In this document: positions 14,431-29,243 of the stretch, piece after piece | Layout: each line of letters starts with the position of its first letter | How positions within the stretch are numbered: the first letter of the stretch is position 1 | Origin: the human T2T-CHM13v2.0 reference genome, Homo sapiens | NCBI RefSeq assembly: GCF_009914755.1 | Contig: NC_060928.1 | Reading direction: 5' to 3' (one strand) | DNA length: 64,000 nucleotides | The notes under the pieces: generated by a model | Told to the model about the DNA's origin: nothing | Databases searched by the model: none | What the model saw: only the letters and a program-made list of their open reading frames with translations | Translations under genes and position numbers: made by a program

Positions 14431-16823
14431 GTCACTTTAAGGGAGTTGATCTAGTTTATCCTTAAATTGAGCTGATTCCAATATTCAAAATTAAATCAAT
14501 GTTTTCTGACACTACTGCCTCAACTTTAATGGTACATGTTCCCATATATCAAAAAGAGGAAAAAAATGGTGCAAAATCACTGAATTTTGAATAAATATTC
14601 CTTCAAAGGTATTTAAAATCTGATTATTCATTAATTCACATATGTGTCAGAGAATAACAGTGAATCATACCTAGGGCTGGGGGAATAGAACAGTGAAATT
14701 TGAACACTCTTTCCAAGTTTCTATTGATCTGCAGTGCCACATTATTTCCTGAATCTATATTAAATCACACAGTTTATTTCTGTTCTCCATTATAATATTT
14801 TATAATATGAACTGTTTCCCATTGGACTAATTTGAGCAAGACAGTTTCTTGATCCTTACCTTTTTGTCCAGAGTGATGGTTAACCTTTCAAAGGATGTTG
14901 TTTGTTTTAAGAGGTAATGTATATGTCACCTTAGGTCTTATGGAGGAAAGACATTATATAAATCTTATATATGTGTCTTATTCCTAATTGGGATTTCCAA
15001 TGAGCAGAAAGATTCAAGGTTGAATCCTCATTGAACTTCTTTCCTAACACTCCCTATGATTCACTATATCTGTACAGCAGGAAATAAAGCCTATCAGCCT
15101 CCCAATAAAACTTGATGAGTTTTAGAACATATTCTACGACTGCTCATTTAACATATGCATTACACTGAGGTTATTATGACACTCACTAAAAGCCGACTAA
15201 ATCCATTTCAACAAAGCTCAACGCTTTTAACAGATTTGTCAGTGTTTTAGCAAATGCCACAGTTAGCACCATCTATTGGCTGATTTTACAAGTCTCAGTT
15301 GTTCTGGATGTTTAGGTAGAAATTTATTATGAATATTTCTGCAAAGTAGAAAACACCAAAGCAATGGCCAATCTAAATAATAGTAATTAAAATTATATGA
15401 TGATTAAAGGAATAATGAGGTTTAAAAATTGGTCTTAAATTATTCTTATTCCATATTTTGTTTAGAAATTTAAAATGTTTAGACTTTAAAAGCTTTTCTT
15501 TCTATTCAGTTAGCTTTCATGGGACAATTAACAAGTTCTTTGATATCTATTTATTATGTTTCTTATTTATTAGATAGTTGTGAATATTTATATTGAAGTT
15601 TCTTCTTAATGTTAATTTTTCTTATATATAAATGTATCTGCTTAGTAAAAAGCTACTAGAAACTATCTGATATAATTGTTTTGTAGCAACATAACTCTAG
15701 AGGCAAATAATTTATTCAAAATTACCAATTCTGGAACAGTAACAACATCTTCCATATAATAATCTTTGCTGGCAAAGTATTTCAAAATAATCACAGAATC
15801 TGCGTTTGTTTGTTCAGCAAATTTTTACCTCCTAGTTAATATCCTCATATTAACATATTCTCATATTAACATAGAACATATGTGGTCCTTACACACAAAG
15901 CACACACAAATACATGAGAGACAGTGAGAGAGAGAAGTAAGAATGAAGTAGGGAAGAGAGGGATGGGTTACAGATTAGGAGAATTGCTGTGACAAAAAAA
16001 AAAAAAAAGAGAGAATGATAAGGAAGAACATCTAACATCCATAGTTGGTTGTAGAGACAGAGTCCTTTCAATTTTCAACATTTCATGACAAGTATCTTCT
16101 GATTGTATTCCAGCTGCTGGAAGTCAATGCTAATTGCAGAGGTGAGCTTCATAATGGCGATCAAATATTAAATCATCCTTTTCTGGTTTCCTTACACCTG
16201 TGAATGACGGCAACAAGGTTTAATTCTCTAGCCACTAGGCGGTCCTTGATTAAATTCATAACTGATTTGCTTCTAGAAAACTCCTTCAAAAGATTTGGAC
16301 CAAAAATTCATTAATATACTGGTTTTTGAAAAATCCATATTAGAAACACATATGTTCTGTATATTTTATACACACACACACATATACACACACACTACAT
16401 ACTGGAGAAAAAGCAACTTTATAATAGAAAGTATTTTATGGATGCCTTATTCTAATAGTATTTTGAGTTATGTAGCCTATGTACAATAAAAAGAGGACAT
16501 ATATAAAAAGGACACTGTATAAACACATGTAAGTAAGCTACAGTAAATAGACTATAACCGCACCCAAAGAACGACTGGAAAGTAGATGACAGAAGTCCTG
16601 GGTGAAATTCTTCCTTTCATCTTACAAGTTGTGTAATAGCAAACATTAGAAAATAGTTTCCTAGGTGGACTAAAACAATACAAAACAAGGCAAAATTTAA
16701 ATAAATATATCTATTTACAATCTCACAAATGTATATTTACATATGTTAAACTCTAAATATTGAATTAATATTAGAAATAATAAATATTTTATGACTCTGA
16801 CAATTAACTTTAAAAGCATCCCA

Positions 16824-16990
<167 letters not shown>

Positions 16991-17674
16991 AAAAGCATCC
17001 CAATAAGATATATTGCAACAGAAATACCAAAAGATCTAAAATATCAAATCAAAATTATCTAGAAAATTATCTAGAAAATTAACTGCTATGAAAATTATAC
17101 ATTTGAGCTACTTTAGTTGCATAATGTAGACTATTTAACTGGCAGAATACCTGAGTATTTATTTTATTTATTACCCATAGTTCATTAATGCTATCGAGAC
17201 ATGACAGTATTAACAATAATTGAATTTAAATTTCAGATTAAAAAAATGTTAGTCATACCAAGGACCAATGATTAGAATTAACATAAATAATAATTTTATG
17301 GCATTTTTTGCAGAAATCATAAGTATGCAGAACCACGTTTAAAAGCACATGTATGCAACGAAATTAAATAACATTGCATAGGCTAAGATATACTTGGTGC
17401 TTCTCTGTAACTCTGACTCTAGCGTATCTTTTTTTTTCCTAATTGGACCTTCAAAGTTAATAAAACTGTAAGTATTCTAGTGGCAGCATCTGCATTTTTT
17501 TCAATTATGCTTATTGCTTTGTATAGCACAATTCATACTTATTTGTATTATTAATATTTATTTGTATATTTATCCCCAATAAATAAGGAATAACTAGCTG
17601 TTATTTCATTGTTAAAATTCTACTTTAAAGGAATAAGACTTATGGGGCTCTTACACATAAATGCAAGTAAATAC

Positions 17675-17746
17675 GGAGATAGAGAGGGAGGGAGAGAGAG
17701 AAAGGGACAGGGAGAGAGAGGCAAAGAGAGAGACAAAGAAGAGAAA
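17675..17746. repeat. GA-rich polypurine low-complexity tract
   Basis: gagatagagagggagggagagagagaaagggacagggagagagagg... Confidence 0.8.
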
Positions 17747-19214
17747 ACTTGAAGTGCCTCTCTCACACACACTTAGGAACAGTGCAGTTGTTGGAATTGA
17801 CATTCTTGAGATTCCTAATATGAGAATGTGAGAAATTAAAAAAATGGCATTTTTTTAGAATATCAAGAGAAGATACAATTTGAATGTATAAGACTTTGCA
17901 TGCAAAAAGGTAAAAGTAAACATATACTTATGTGTTCAGACAAGTTTGAAACCAGTAGAGAGAGTCTCACTTTGGCATTAATGAGTATTATAAACTTTAA
18001 AAATGAATACAAATATATATGCTTTTATTCACACCAATGTTAATGTATGTGAATTGTATAGTCTTATTAATATCAAATTTAACAGAATCTGCATTTTACT
18101 GCCTAAATCCTGTACTTGACTTTTGAGATGAATAATACCATGGAGATGGCATATTAGGAATAAAATCATTTCTAATTATGTCAGGTGGGACTATCATTTG
18201 TTTTGTATAATTAATGGTCTTATTTTAAAATTTAAATTTAAAAGAAAAATCCCTTTCATTGTTGTTCCTTTGCATAAATAGCATTGAACAAAATATATCA
18301 CAAGACTAAATTGAAATTACTTTTCCTATAAGCTCCTTTAAAAAACCCCAAACTCATAATAATATTAGGGTAATATGTCTATAAACAACATTTACCAAAA
18401 TATAGAGGTGTATAGAATTGTCATTCTTTACCTTACCTCACAAATAGACTGTCTTCATATTAAAAATTCAAGTATTTTTTAATCAGTTGAGTAATTTTTT
18501 TTCTAATATATTGTTATGTAACTATCTGGTTATATTATTTCTTTATATGCCCAAATGTGATACATTTATGCTCAAATAGTCACCAAAGCTCTATTTGTCT
18601 CTTTTGCTTTGTTGAATAAACAAATCTATATTTTATGAACTTATATACTCAAAAATATTTGACTTTCATAGAAAGTAAGTTATTTGATTTTTTAATTTAT
18701 CTATTGTGCCTTTTCGTAGACTTTTGCATTAGCTCTTTGAAAATAAAATGATTTAAAAAGAGATAAAGCTGTGATTCTGTTTCGTATGTCTCTTTTTCCT
18801 TTCTATTGTAATTCTCAAACAATAGGTGTATATTAAACATTCCAAGCTGATCAATACCTTTTCTTTGTCTATTTAGTAATTTCATCCAAGACTTTTGTTA
18901 ACACGTAAGATAACATTTACGATAATTAGTGAATGTAGGGGTAAGATGTATTTTGGATAAGTTGATATGTGAATGAAGAGACCTGGGTTTATAGAAAAGT
19001 ATTTTTCCCTCTACTTATATGTATTTATAGAAGTCACTTAACTCTCTTGAATCCTTAATGTCTTCATAGACTATTCTGGTAGATACAAAACATAAACGGG
19101 ACAAAACAGAGGTAACCATTGGAAACATACCTGGGTCCTGTCACCCCCCACCCAGTGAGCTTTATGGAACATTAGTTCTGGCTGAACCTAGAGATAAACA
19201 TAACCATGATTATA

Positions 19215-19400
19215 ATTAAAATATTTTGAGCATTTATTTTATGCCGGGCACTATGATCACAATCTACGTATGTTGTTCTTTCACATTGTCAACACAGACA
19301 TATGATTCAGAAGCTACTGTCATTTAAAGATGAGGGAACTGGCTTATCAAAAGAAGTTCATATCATTTAAGTATCAGAGTTGGGTTCTGAACACAAGAGT
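19215..19400 (-). mobile_element. MIR SINE, degraded
   Basis: 'ttgagcatttattttatgccgggcact...catttaaagatgagggaactggc...cagagttgggttctgaac'. Confidence 0.6.
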
Positions 19401-19682
19401 TGTGTTCCATCATAAGTGATGGAACACATAAGATCACTTATGATGGAAAGACCCTAGCTTTATTATTTCACTGAAAATGACACACATTGAGGGAGGCCTC
19501 TTTTTCCTACGCTTGCTAGCAATGCCTTTTCATTCCAATTTTTTTTCTTTTTCTGGGGGGAATGGTGTAGGTGTGGCAGCCTGTAACCAAGGAAACAGCA
19601 TGAACATTTACTGTCAGATAGAGAAGAGCAACAATTCTGGCTCCATAATTACTAGCTCTAAGACCTTAGAAATGTTCAACTT

Positions 19683-20363
<681 letters not shown>

Positions 20364-20987
20364 GCCAACTTTGTGTACCTTACGTGAGACTGAATAGTAA
20401 CTATGTCATGGCCACTGTGTAAGGCGAACTGTAAATACAACATATTACTTTTAGGAAAATGCTTCGTGATGTCCACATGCTAAACAGTCTAGAACAAATT
20501 CCAAATCTACTGGAGTCACTGATCCATGTTTTAGCTGATAGTGGAAGAGTCAGAAGAGAAAAGAGAGAGTGCCTTCCCAGAGAAGAAATTTGAAGAAAAG
20601 GATGTACCAGCCAGAGACAGGCAAATCTATGCCCTAAAGAATGTGGGATTAAAACCTCTAATCTCTGGCAGAAAAATGTCACAAAAGGATACTGTGATTG
20701 GATTTCTTGAGGAAATAAATATGAAAGAGTCTTCATTTGCCTCTTGTTTCACTGTGCTGAGACAACATCAACCTATAAATGAAGAGGACAGCAGATATAA
20801 CAGTTTTTCTTCAGCAGTTGAGTAATAGCTGACCAGTCCTTCAAACTTAATTATCGAAACTTTGGTGTTCACTTTTTAAAGTCTAACTATAACAAAGTAG
20901 TTTAATTCTCTAATTCATGGCTCAGAAAATTATGTGTACACATTTCATGACAGGGCACTTATTATGTATTTACGGATAGGGAAGAGG

Positions 20988-21348
20988 TGTACTATTGTCT
21001 GTGTCCCTCCAATTCAGGTGTTTGCCAATGGGTCAGTATTAAGTCAGGATACTGTAAGAGGTGATTAAGCCATACGGTTCCTTATTAAGGTCCTTATAAG
21101 AGATACTTCTTGCAACATTGGGCTCTCTTGCCCTTCTACATGTGAAGACACAGCTTTTCTTCCCTGCAGAGGATGAAGCAATATGGCACCATCTTGGAAG
21201 CAGAGAGTAGTCTCACCAGACAACTTAACCTGTTGGTGCCTTTATTTTGGACTTCCCAACTTCTGAAAGTGTGAGAAAATACATTTCTGTTCTTTAAAAA
21301 TTACCCATTGTAAGGTATTCTATTATAGTGGAACAAATGGACTAAGAT
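20988..21348 (+). mobile_element. ERVL-MaLR solo LTR (MLT1A/MSTD-like)
   Basis: 'gcaccatcttggaagcagagag...ctcaccagaca...ttggacttcccaacttctgaaagtgtgagaaaatacatttctgttcttt...aaatggactaaga'. Confidence 0.82.
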
Positions 21349-21493
21349 TGGGCTTTTTCTTTTTCTGTGCTTCTTTATAAGGGCAACCAATAGAGAGATC
21401 TCTTCTGATCTTGCAGATTGCATAAATACACTTTCTGAGGTCAGAATAGGTGAAACTGAATACTTGAAATAGCCATAATACATAATGTTTTAG

Positions 21494-21854
<361 letters not shown>

Positions 21855-23767
21855 AATACTATATGTTTTTAAGTCACAGTTATAATGAGGCAATATCACA
21901 ATCAATCATTTCTAGCTTGTGAGAACACCTCATCTGCAAGTATAAAAAAATTCTAGCCTGTTGGGCCACTGTGACCTTGGTCTTTTTTGCGTGGCAATTA
22001 ATGCTTCAATAGCCTTCTCTGAAATTTTTTGCTGTTCAAAGGATGACAAAAATGTAATCAGCTTTGCGTTATTTGATACATCTTCATTTTTGAGGGTTTG
22101 GTTTGTTTTCATCGATGATCATAGTGTTAAGCATTATATGGCAATAATCCTAGAGGACTGGTGTTGTGATTCTGTTGTGATCTTTCTCTCCATTCTTCTA
22201 TCTCTCTTTTTCAAATGATTACTTTTAAGAGGAATGATCTATATGTTTCTCTCATGTGCCTTTGTGAAAGGTATATTACTATTACATTTCTAGCCCTACA
22301 ATCTAAGGCCATGACCTATGGGAAAGGGGCCCAAACTCTCTCAGGGATGTTGAACATAAACTAAATAAAGTTTTTATTTTTTTACTGAAATAAGACTTTA
22401 CACATGATTAGCAACCACATAATTTATTATAGCGTCTATAAAATATTCCAATAAAATATTATACATGATTCTTTATGATTTTTCTAAGATCTAGCCACAT
22501 GATAGTCTATTAAACTATAGTTACAGAAACTTACAAAATCTTTCATGTGTTAAAAATGAAAATAATGATTGCTCCCAATATATCTCACAAAGTTGATATA
22601 AGAATTAATAATTTAATAATCATGTGTCAAATAACTGAGTAGGAGATAATAGGGGATTTTCTTCCCTTTAGATCTTTAACTTGGAAATCAAGACTTGTCA
22701 TTTGCATTGTTACTTGATGAAGGTAGTCAGCTAATGCATCTCAATGGAAAAAAAGAAAAGTAGAGATGCATTTGTCTTTCATAGCTTATGAATTCTCAAA
22801 TACTAATTATTGCAATTCAAAAGAGATGTCCTGCCATCTTGCCAGTATTTTTTTCTCTATTCTGGCAAATTAAAAAAAGAAGTAATAGTTCAAAAAGTTA
22901 AAACAAAAATTTACAGGCTTTTATGGGTTCAAATGATTTATGAGCATGAGTCATCCTTTTTAAAGTTATATTTACAGTTTAGTGTATGCGTATGAACCCT
23001 GGTTTCATCTGCATGACAGATTAAAATTATTTACAGTGTTTTATAAATATAGTTTCTATATAGGAGTACAACTTTATGAGTGGATGGATGGCTGCCTGGA
23101 CAATGTTAAGGAAAATTAAAACTGCTCATAACTGCTCATGTGTGAAATCCTAATACACAAAGTGTCTGAGGTGCAGACTGCAGTAAATTTTGCCAAAGAG
23201 GAGTCCAGTGAATGGCAAACGATACTGCAGAATGAAACACTTGAATGAATGTTTTCCGTAGAGTAATGGTAAATACACTTTATGCCGATTGGTGGCAATA
23301 CAGCGTGCATAAAGAAAATAAACAATATTTTTATGTCAAGGCACAACTTGAAGTCACATTCCCTGACAAGTGTCCTGCTACATGTATTACTAAGCATGTG
23401 TGGACAACTTCTGAGGCCTAGCATACTTAATATGGGTATGTTCTTGACAGAGCACATGAGACTTAATTCATTTCTGGAGTGCTCCGTTACCGACTCTGAC
23501 AGCCTTACAGCTCTGTTGGGAAATGAAGTATAACATGAGGTTACTAAGCAACTCTGCAGCTTTTTAAAAGCATGTCTTGGAACTCAGTTGTTTCTCCTAA
23601 TTGATTCCATCCATATCATTTTGAACATAAATGGGACATCATGTTTAGAAATATGCTGGATTGGTACTTTAAGCTAATGTCTTGCTACCTCTGCATATCT
23701 AAATCAAGGGCTGGCATATAAATGTCATATTGAAAGCAAATTTTTATCTTTCTCCTGAGTTGCATCA

Positions 23768-23790
23768 TACACGCACACACACACACACAC
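23768..23790. repeat. (CA)n microsatellite
   Basis: Directly visible. Confidence 0.85.
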
Positions 23791-24493
23791 CTATTTCTGC
23801 ACCCCAAGTTAGGGTCTGAGGCTATCTGCACATTGTCAGAAAATAACAGAAAAAACTGAAGAGTGATGTTACTTTTTTTTAAACTTGTACACAGAATAAA
23901 ATTTTAATTAGCCCATCTGACTTACCCCTCAATACATTCCCACAGTATAATACATTAGAATTAATAGCAAATCTGTCTCACAGCATTGTAGCCACATTGA
24001 CATTTCTGTAGTCAGTAAACCAATGAGCAAGATAATATGTCATCCAATCTTGAAATATTAGTGATAAATGCATCCACATACTGCATTTTACGAGGAGCAA
24101 AGTAGACTTTTATCAACCTTGACTCCTCTCCATTATATCAGAGGTGAAGAGTAAACAACAAAATGTTACAAACTTTTTATATTCAATGTGTTTTCTTAAG
24201 AACCCATTTGCTCTTCACTCTACATTTTTGAATAGTGCATAATTTAGTTACTAACTGTAAGCATGGAACATTTTGCAATTTGATGAAGTTCCAAGATGTA
24301 GGAAAGATTGATAGATTGAGAAAGTCTGGATATTTTTACTTAGTGTCTGTTTTTGATTTGTTGAATTACCTTTCTACTTAAGGTATGACCGTTACAGAAT
24401 CTTTCACAAAATATACACTTTAAACCACTTGATGATATAAAATGTATGTTTTAATTATTCATTTGCTTGAAAGAATCACAGTACTGTGTATAT

Positions 24494-24567
24494 ATAGACG
24501 GTACTAAAGTAATTGCAGTTTTGCCATTAAAAGTAATGGCAAAGCAATTACTTTTGTATGAGCCTTA
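24494..24567. mobile_element. MADE1 (Hsmar1 mariner MITE)
   Basis: 'ggtactaaagtaattgcagttttgccattaaaagtaatggcaaagcaattacttttgtatgagcctta' matches the palindromic 80-bp MADE1; flanked by TA. Confidence 0.88.
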
Positions 24568-24576
24568 TATATATAT

Positions 24577-24826
24577 TGAGACAGGATCTTACTCTGTCTC
24601 CCAGGCTGGAGTGTAGTGGTGCAATCATGGCTCACTGCAGCCTCGGCCTCCCCAGGCTCACGTGGTCCTCCAACCTCAGTCTCTTAAGTAGCTGGGACTA
24701 CAAGCATGTACCACGACAGCCGTCCATGTTATCCAGGCTGGCCTTGAACTCCTGAGCTTAAGTGCTCTGTTCACCTTGGCCTTCCAAAGTGCTGGGATTA
24801 TAGGCATGAGCCGCCACGTGTAGCCC
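24577..24826 (-). mobile_element. AluJ lacking the central A-rich linker
   Basis: 'atcatggctcactgcagcctc', 'gaactcctgagcttaagtg'; the arms join at 'ccacgacagccgtccatgtt'; flanked by (TA)n. Confidence 0.88.
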
Positions 24827-25539
24827 TATATATATATATATATATTTTAATTTCATCTTAGGGCTTTCCCTTTTAAACACTTTTTAATTGGATGAGAAAT
24901 GATACCAAGAAATTTCAATTTAGATCAGTCTGTCCATTTATCCTACCACTGTTTACAGATAAATGAGGAATCACACTACAAACACAGAACTGAGGACAAA
25001 GCAAAAACTACTTTAAAGATTCAATGGTAACAGGTAGAATAAACATGCCCTTTTTCAACTAAAAAGAACTGTGGAAGTGAATTTTATTTACTGAATCAGA
25101 ACCCTGTGGTAGTTGTCAATATTGCATGGCCTTAGTAGTCAGAAGCTTGTATAAAAACCAAGCCCTAGAATTAAGATGAAGATTTACACAGGCAAGCTAT
25201 TTACCGTAGCAGTACTGACATACTCAATGTGGAATAAATAAATAGCAATAATTTACATGAAATATTGTAGTAATGCATGTTTTAATATAATACAGATTAA
25301 GGCTGATATGTATTTTATCTAAAAATGTTTGCATATTCATTTTGGAGAAAAAGCATTTGTGTTCTCATTACAGGAAAATTCACACAATTGGAAGGAGTGC
25401 AAAGAGACAAAAATAATAATAAAATTTAAGCTATAAAAGAAGATATTTGAAAGCATAAATGTTAACACAAATTATATGCTCACCTGATAAAGTGTCTTAG
25501 TTAACGTTTATTGCTTGTAAGAAATGAGCCTAATGGGGA

Positions 25540-25942
25540 TTAGTTTTCCACATCTATCTACCTGTCTAATTAATTGGTTGCAATATGTTTTCTAAAAAAA
25601 CAAGATACATAAAGTATTTTCAAGATTTTATAGATTTTTAAATCAAACAGAAAAATATTGAAAAATATCAGTTCATTTAAAATAGAAATATAAGAGCAAT
25701 AATAAATATAAATTATGTGCAAATAAATGTAACACATGCAAACTTGTATTAACAATGTCTCAAAGTAACAACTGGTTCAGTAAATAGGATTATTTGGAAG
25801 TGAGATCAGCACCTTGATGAAATAAGTAAAAAGCTTTCTTTTTTCTTCCACAGAAAGTCAACGTGAAAATGATATACAGCCCAAAATACCTTTATGAGAA
25901 ATCCAGAATCCAGTAAGAACTGGTAGCACACGAGATTGGAAC
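25540..25942 (+). repeat. Inverted dispersed duplication, copy A (AT-rich flank plus first ~140 nt of an L1M 5' UTR)
   Basis: Aligns to the reverse complement of 57505-57912; perfect 38-mer at 25651-25688 = rc(57759-57796). Confidence 0.92.
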
Positions 25943-26471
25943 TAATTTGTTTTGCTGCTGGTTAGACATAATTGAACAGCAAACATCAACCACTGTAGCT
26001 TATATTTTGAAAGGAAGCTGATGAAAATTGAAGTTAAATTTTTATTTAAAAAACTATAAAAATACAGAACAACTACTTTTGTTGGTTCCATCAATAGATG
26101 ACATCCATTAGCAGATTTTACAATGTTTTCTTTGAGCAAAGAAAAGATAAAAATCACTAGTCAAAACCACTTATTACCCTCTGAGCTAAGATTCCACCTC
26201 TCCAATTTGATTTCTCCAAAAACATTTGGCAGCATATAGTTTTTAGTAGCTTCAAGCAAGATTAATCAAGAAGAATGTCATACAACTGCATCAAATTGTA
26301 GCCATAAACCAAAGCAGCCTCAGGTGAATTCCAATTGAACATTAGTACATCAAAGAAAATTTTTTATCCACTATGAAAGCAGAAAAACCTTAAATCCCTT
26401 AAAGGTTTTTCTAACCAGCTCAGTGTTAAAAGATTACATATTTACAGATATATTTCCAGAAAAATATGATA

Positions 26472-26833
26472 TAATATGGTTTGGCTGTATCCCCAATAAA
26501 CTCACACTGAATTGTAGCTCCCATAATTCCCATGTTTTGTGTGAGGGACCCAGTGGGAGATAATTGAATCATGTGGGCAACTTCCCCCATATTATTCTCA
26601 TGGTACTGAATACATCTCATGAGACTTGATGGTTTTATAAGGGGAAACCCCTTTTCACTTGACTTTCATTCTCTTTTTGCCTGCTGCCACGTAAGGCATG
26701 CCTTTTGCCTTCCACCATGATTGTGAGACCTCCCCAACCACATGGAACTGTGAGTCCATTAAACCTTTTTTTCTTTATTAATTACCCAGTCTCAGGTAAG
26801 TATTCATCAGCAGCATGAACATGGACTAATACA
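26472..26833 (+). mobile_element. THE1 (THE1C-like) solo LTR
   Basis: 'atatggtttggctgtatcccca...gagggacccagtgggagataattgaatcatg...catggaactgtgagtccattaaacc...ggactaataca'; 5-bp TSD tgata/agata. Confidence 0.92.
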
Positions 26834-27080
26834 AGATATACGTTACATTCTTTTTGGGACACTGTTTTTTTTTTTCTTAATTAATTGCATACAACTTTCT
26901 GAGTTATTATGTGTTTTTCTGAAGCATCATATAAAATGTCTGCTTACATATGGGTTTAAAGTAATTCATTGAATCAGTCTTATTTATGAGGATATTAAGT
27001 AATTTCTACTATTTTATCCAGTAAACAAAATATTTTGCTGCAAGATCCATCTTATATCTACAGAATTTTTAAAAAATATG

Positions 27081-27222
27081 TTTATTTTATTTTTTTATTA
27101 TACTTTAAGTTTTAGGGTACATGTGCACAACGTGCAGGTTGGTTACATATGCATACATGTGCCATGTTGGTGTGCTGCACCCATTAAATCTTCATTTAAC
27201 ATTAGGTATATTGCCTAATGCT
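27081..27222 (-). mobile_element. L1PA (PA4-6-like) extreme 3' end
   Basis: 'ttattatactttaagttttagggtacatgtgcacaacgtgcagg...ggtgtgctgcacccattaa'. Confidence 0.92.
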
Positions 27223-29201
27223 AACTCTGCATGCAGAAGTGAATCTCAACCTCACCTGTAATTAACATTTTCACTATCAAGTTCAAATCCTGCCTTTTGT
27301 TTCTGTATTATCCCTGCATACTCTTACTAATAGTCATCACTTTGCACATCAATTTACTATTCTATTGCATTTGCATCATATTTTTGGGCTCATGGGTTTA
27401 TATTTACTTCAACTGTTTTTCCAAATATCATCTTATACTTAAAATAAATAATTAAGATCTTATTTCTCTGCTATCATTATTTTCATGTTCACTGTTAACA
27501 CTTAATAAATACTCAATTAAATAGTACTAGCATTGAGTTATGCATTTTTAAAATAAATATTAACCTCATTATTTCTTCTCTCCCTAAACTTCCTACCACT
27601 TATTCTTTTCAATATTGATGCTTCCATTTTTAAAGCATTTAAAGAAAGTTGCTTTTTCTATTAGTTATTCCAACAAGTAGATGCAGATTAATTTTTCGTG
27701 TTCTTTTTGGATTTATGGATTTGGATTTATTTCTAAAATGTTTTTATGCCAAAGGAATTTCTTATTTGGATAAGGTTCAGGATCTTTTAGTATAAACAAA
27801 ATAAAGAGACCTTAAATATTAATGCTTTAAAAAGTCTACAGATTATATTTTATATTTTAGAAATAAATCCAGTGTTAGTGAAAATGTTAATTACGAGTGA
27901 GGTTGAGATTCACTTCTGTATGCAGAGTTAACTTACCTTTTCATGTGTCTATTATTTTACTGTGTTCTTTTCATTACAAAATAGCTTCTTTCACAAAGGA
28001 TGCAAAAAATGTGAATAAACAAGAAAAAAAGAAAAATTGGTAAAACAGATTTAGGGAGGTACTACCATCCCCGTAAGTATTGCACCATCCCCCTTTTCAA
28101 CCTATTTGCAAAAATGTTCACACATTTAATAATCAGGTTTTTCTATAATGCATGTTTCCTTTATAAAGATATCTGAAGGAGAGAAAATGAACACATCACA
28201 ATGTAATGTCTTGATAGAGATGGCAAAACAAAATCTATAAACTACAGTGATCGGCAGCTAACGGAATAAGTACGTAAATGGTTTTCCCAAGATGAGAATG
28301 TAGTGACTCGGTAAGCAAAAGACAGATTTTGAAAGTATGACAGCATGACTACAGAGGTGGTTATGAATGTTTCCTATTGATAATAAGAGTGTCATTATTA
28401 ATTTGTGTACAATTACATTCACTGGATTACAGTATACTACAAATATCCTTATTAAAGCCTCAGAGCTATTTGCCACAATGCTTCTCAACACGGCACTGAC
28501 ACAATACATTTAATATTCAACTATGATGGAAAAATGTTTAATGTCCTTGTTATTTATTAACAAAAATAGTGATGTTAATAACTGTTTGATATATCAACTT
28601 GTTACCCTGCTGGTGGCCTACTTTTACAATAGCACTTTTATCAGTAAGTAATAATTGCATAAAAGGACATAAAGAAGAGATCCCAAGAAGCTCTAAAATT
28701 CTTGCTATTCCTTCTGTAATAACCTCTGGAAAATTGGAAAGATTCACAAAAGACAGTGACTGATATGTATCATATAAAACCATAAAGCAATACACCATCT
28801 GTAATTAAATATGTATTAATCATTCACATCTATTCCACAGATTTTTAAGTAATAATGTGTGGCTAAGTCTCCTGTCTTATGGAAAATAAGTGAAAGAATA
28901 ATTTCCTTTGTCTTCACAATAATGCCAGAAGTTAAGTGTCAGTTTGGAATAAAGTAAACCTGGAAGTTACAGAAAATACAGCTAGAGTACTACTTCCAGG
29001 GGCATTTTTTTCGTATGTATCTGGAAATATTACTAGTATTGGCTCAGCTTCTCAGCAGTGTCATTAATGATCCACATTCTTTCTTCGTATTCTATCACTC
29101 TTGGCAAGGTGACCTTTCTTCTGTTAATTACAAGATGGTTGCTGTACTTTGATCAGTTTTAAGGAGGAGAAAAGTAAAAGGCTTTCTTTTTTGAAACAAT
29201 A

Positions 29202-29204
<3 letters not shown>

Positions 29205-29242
<38 letters not shown>
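29205..29242. repeat. (TG)19 microsatellite
   Basis: Perfect dinucleotide run. Confidence 0.97.

Positions 29243-29243
<1 letters not shown>

Noticed and set aside
20541-20825. 94-aa charged ORF (MEESEEKRES...)
   Set aside because: Starts at GTG, no recognisable domain or convincing splice context; the purine-rich composition explains the E/K bias
27925-27945. Perfect minus-strand splice donor (aag|gtaagt)
   Set aside because: No open, protein-like exon upstream; such matches are expected by chance in 64 kb
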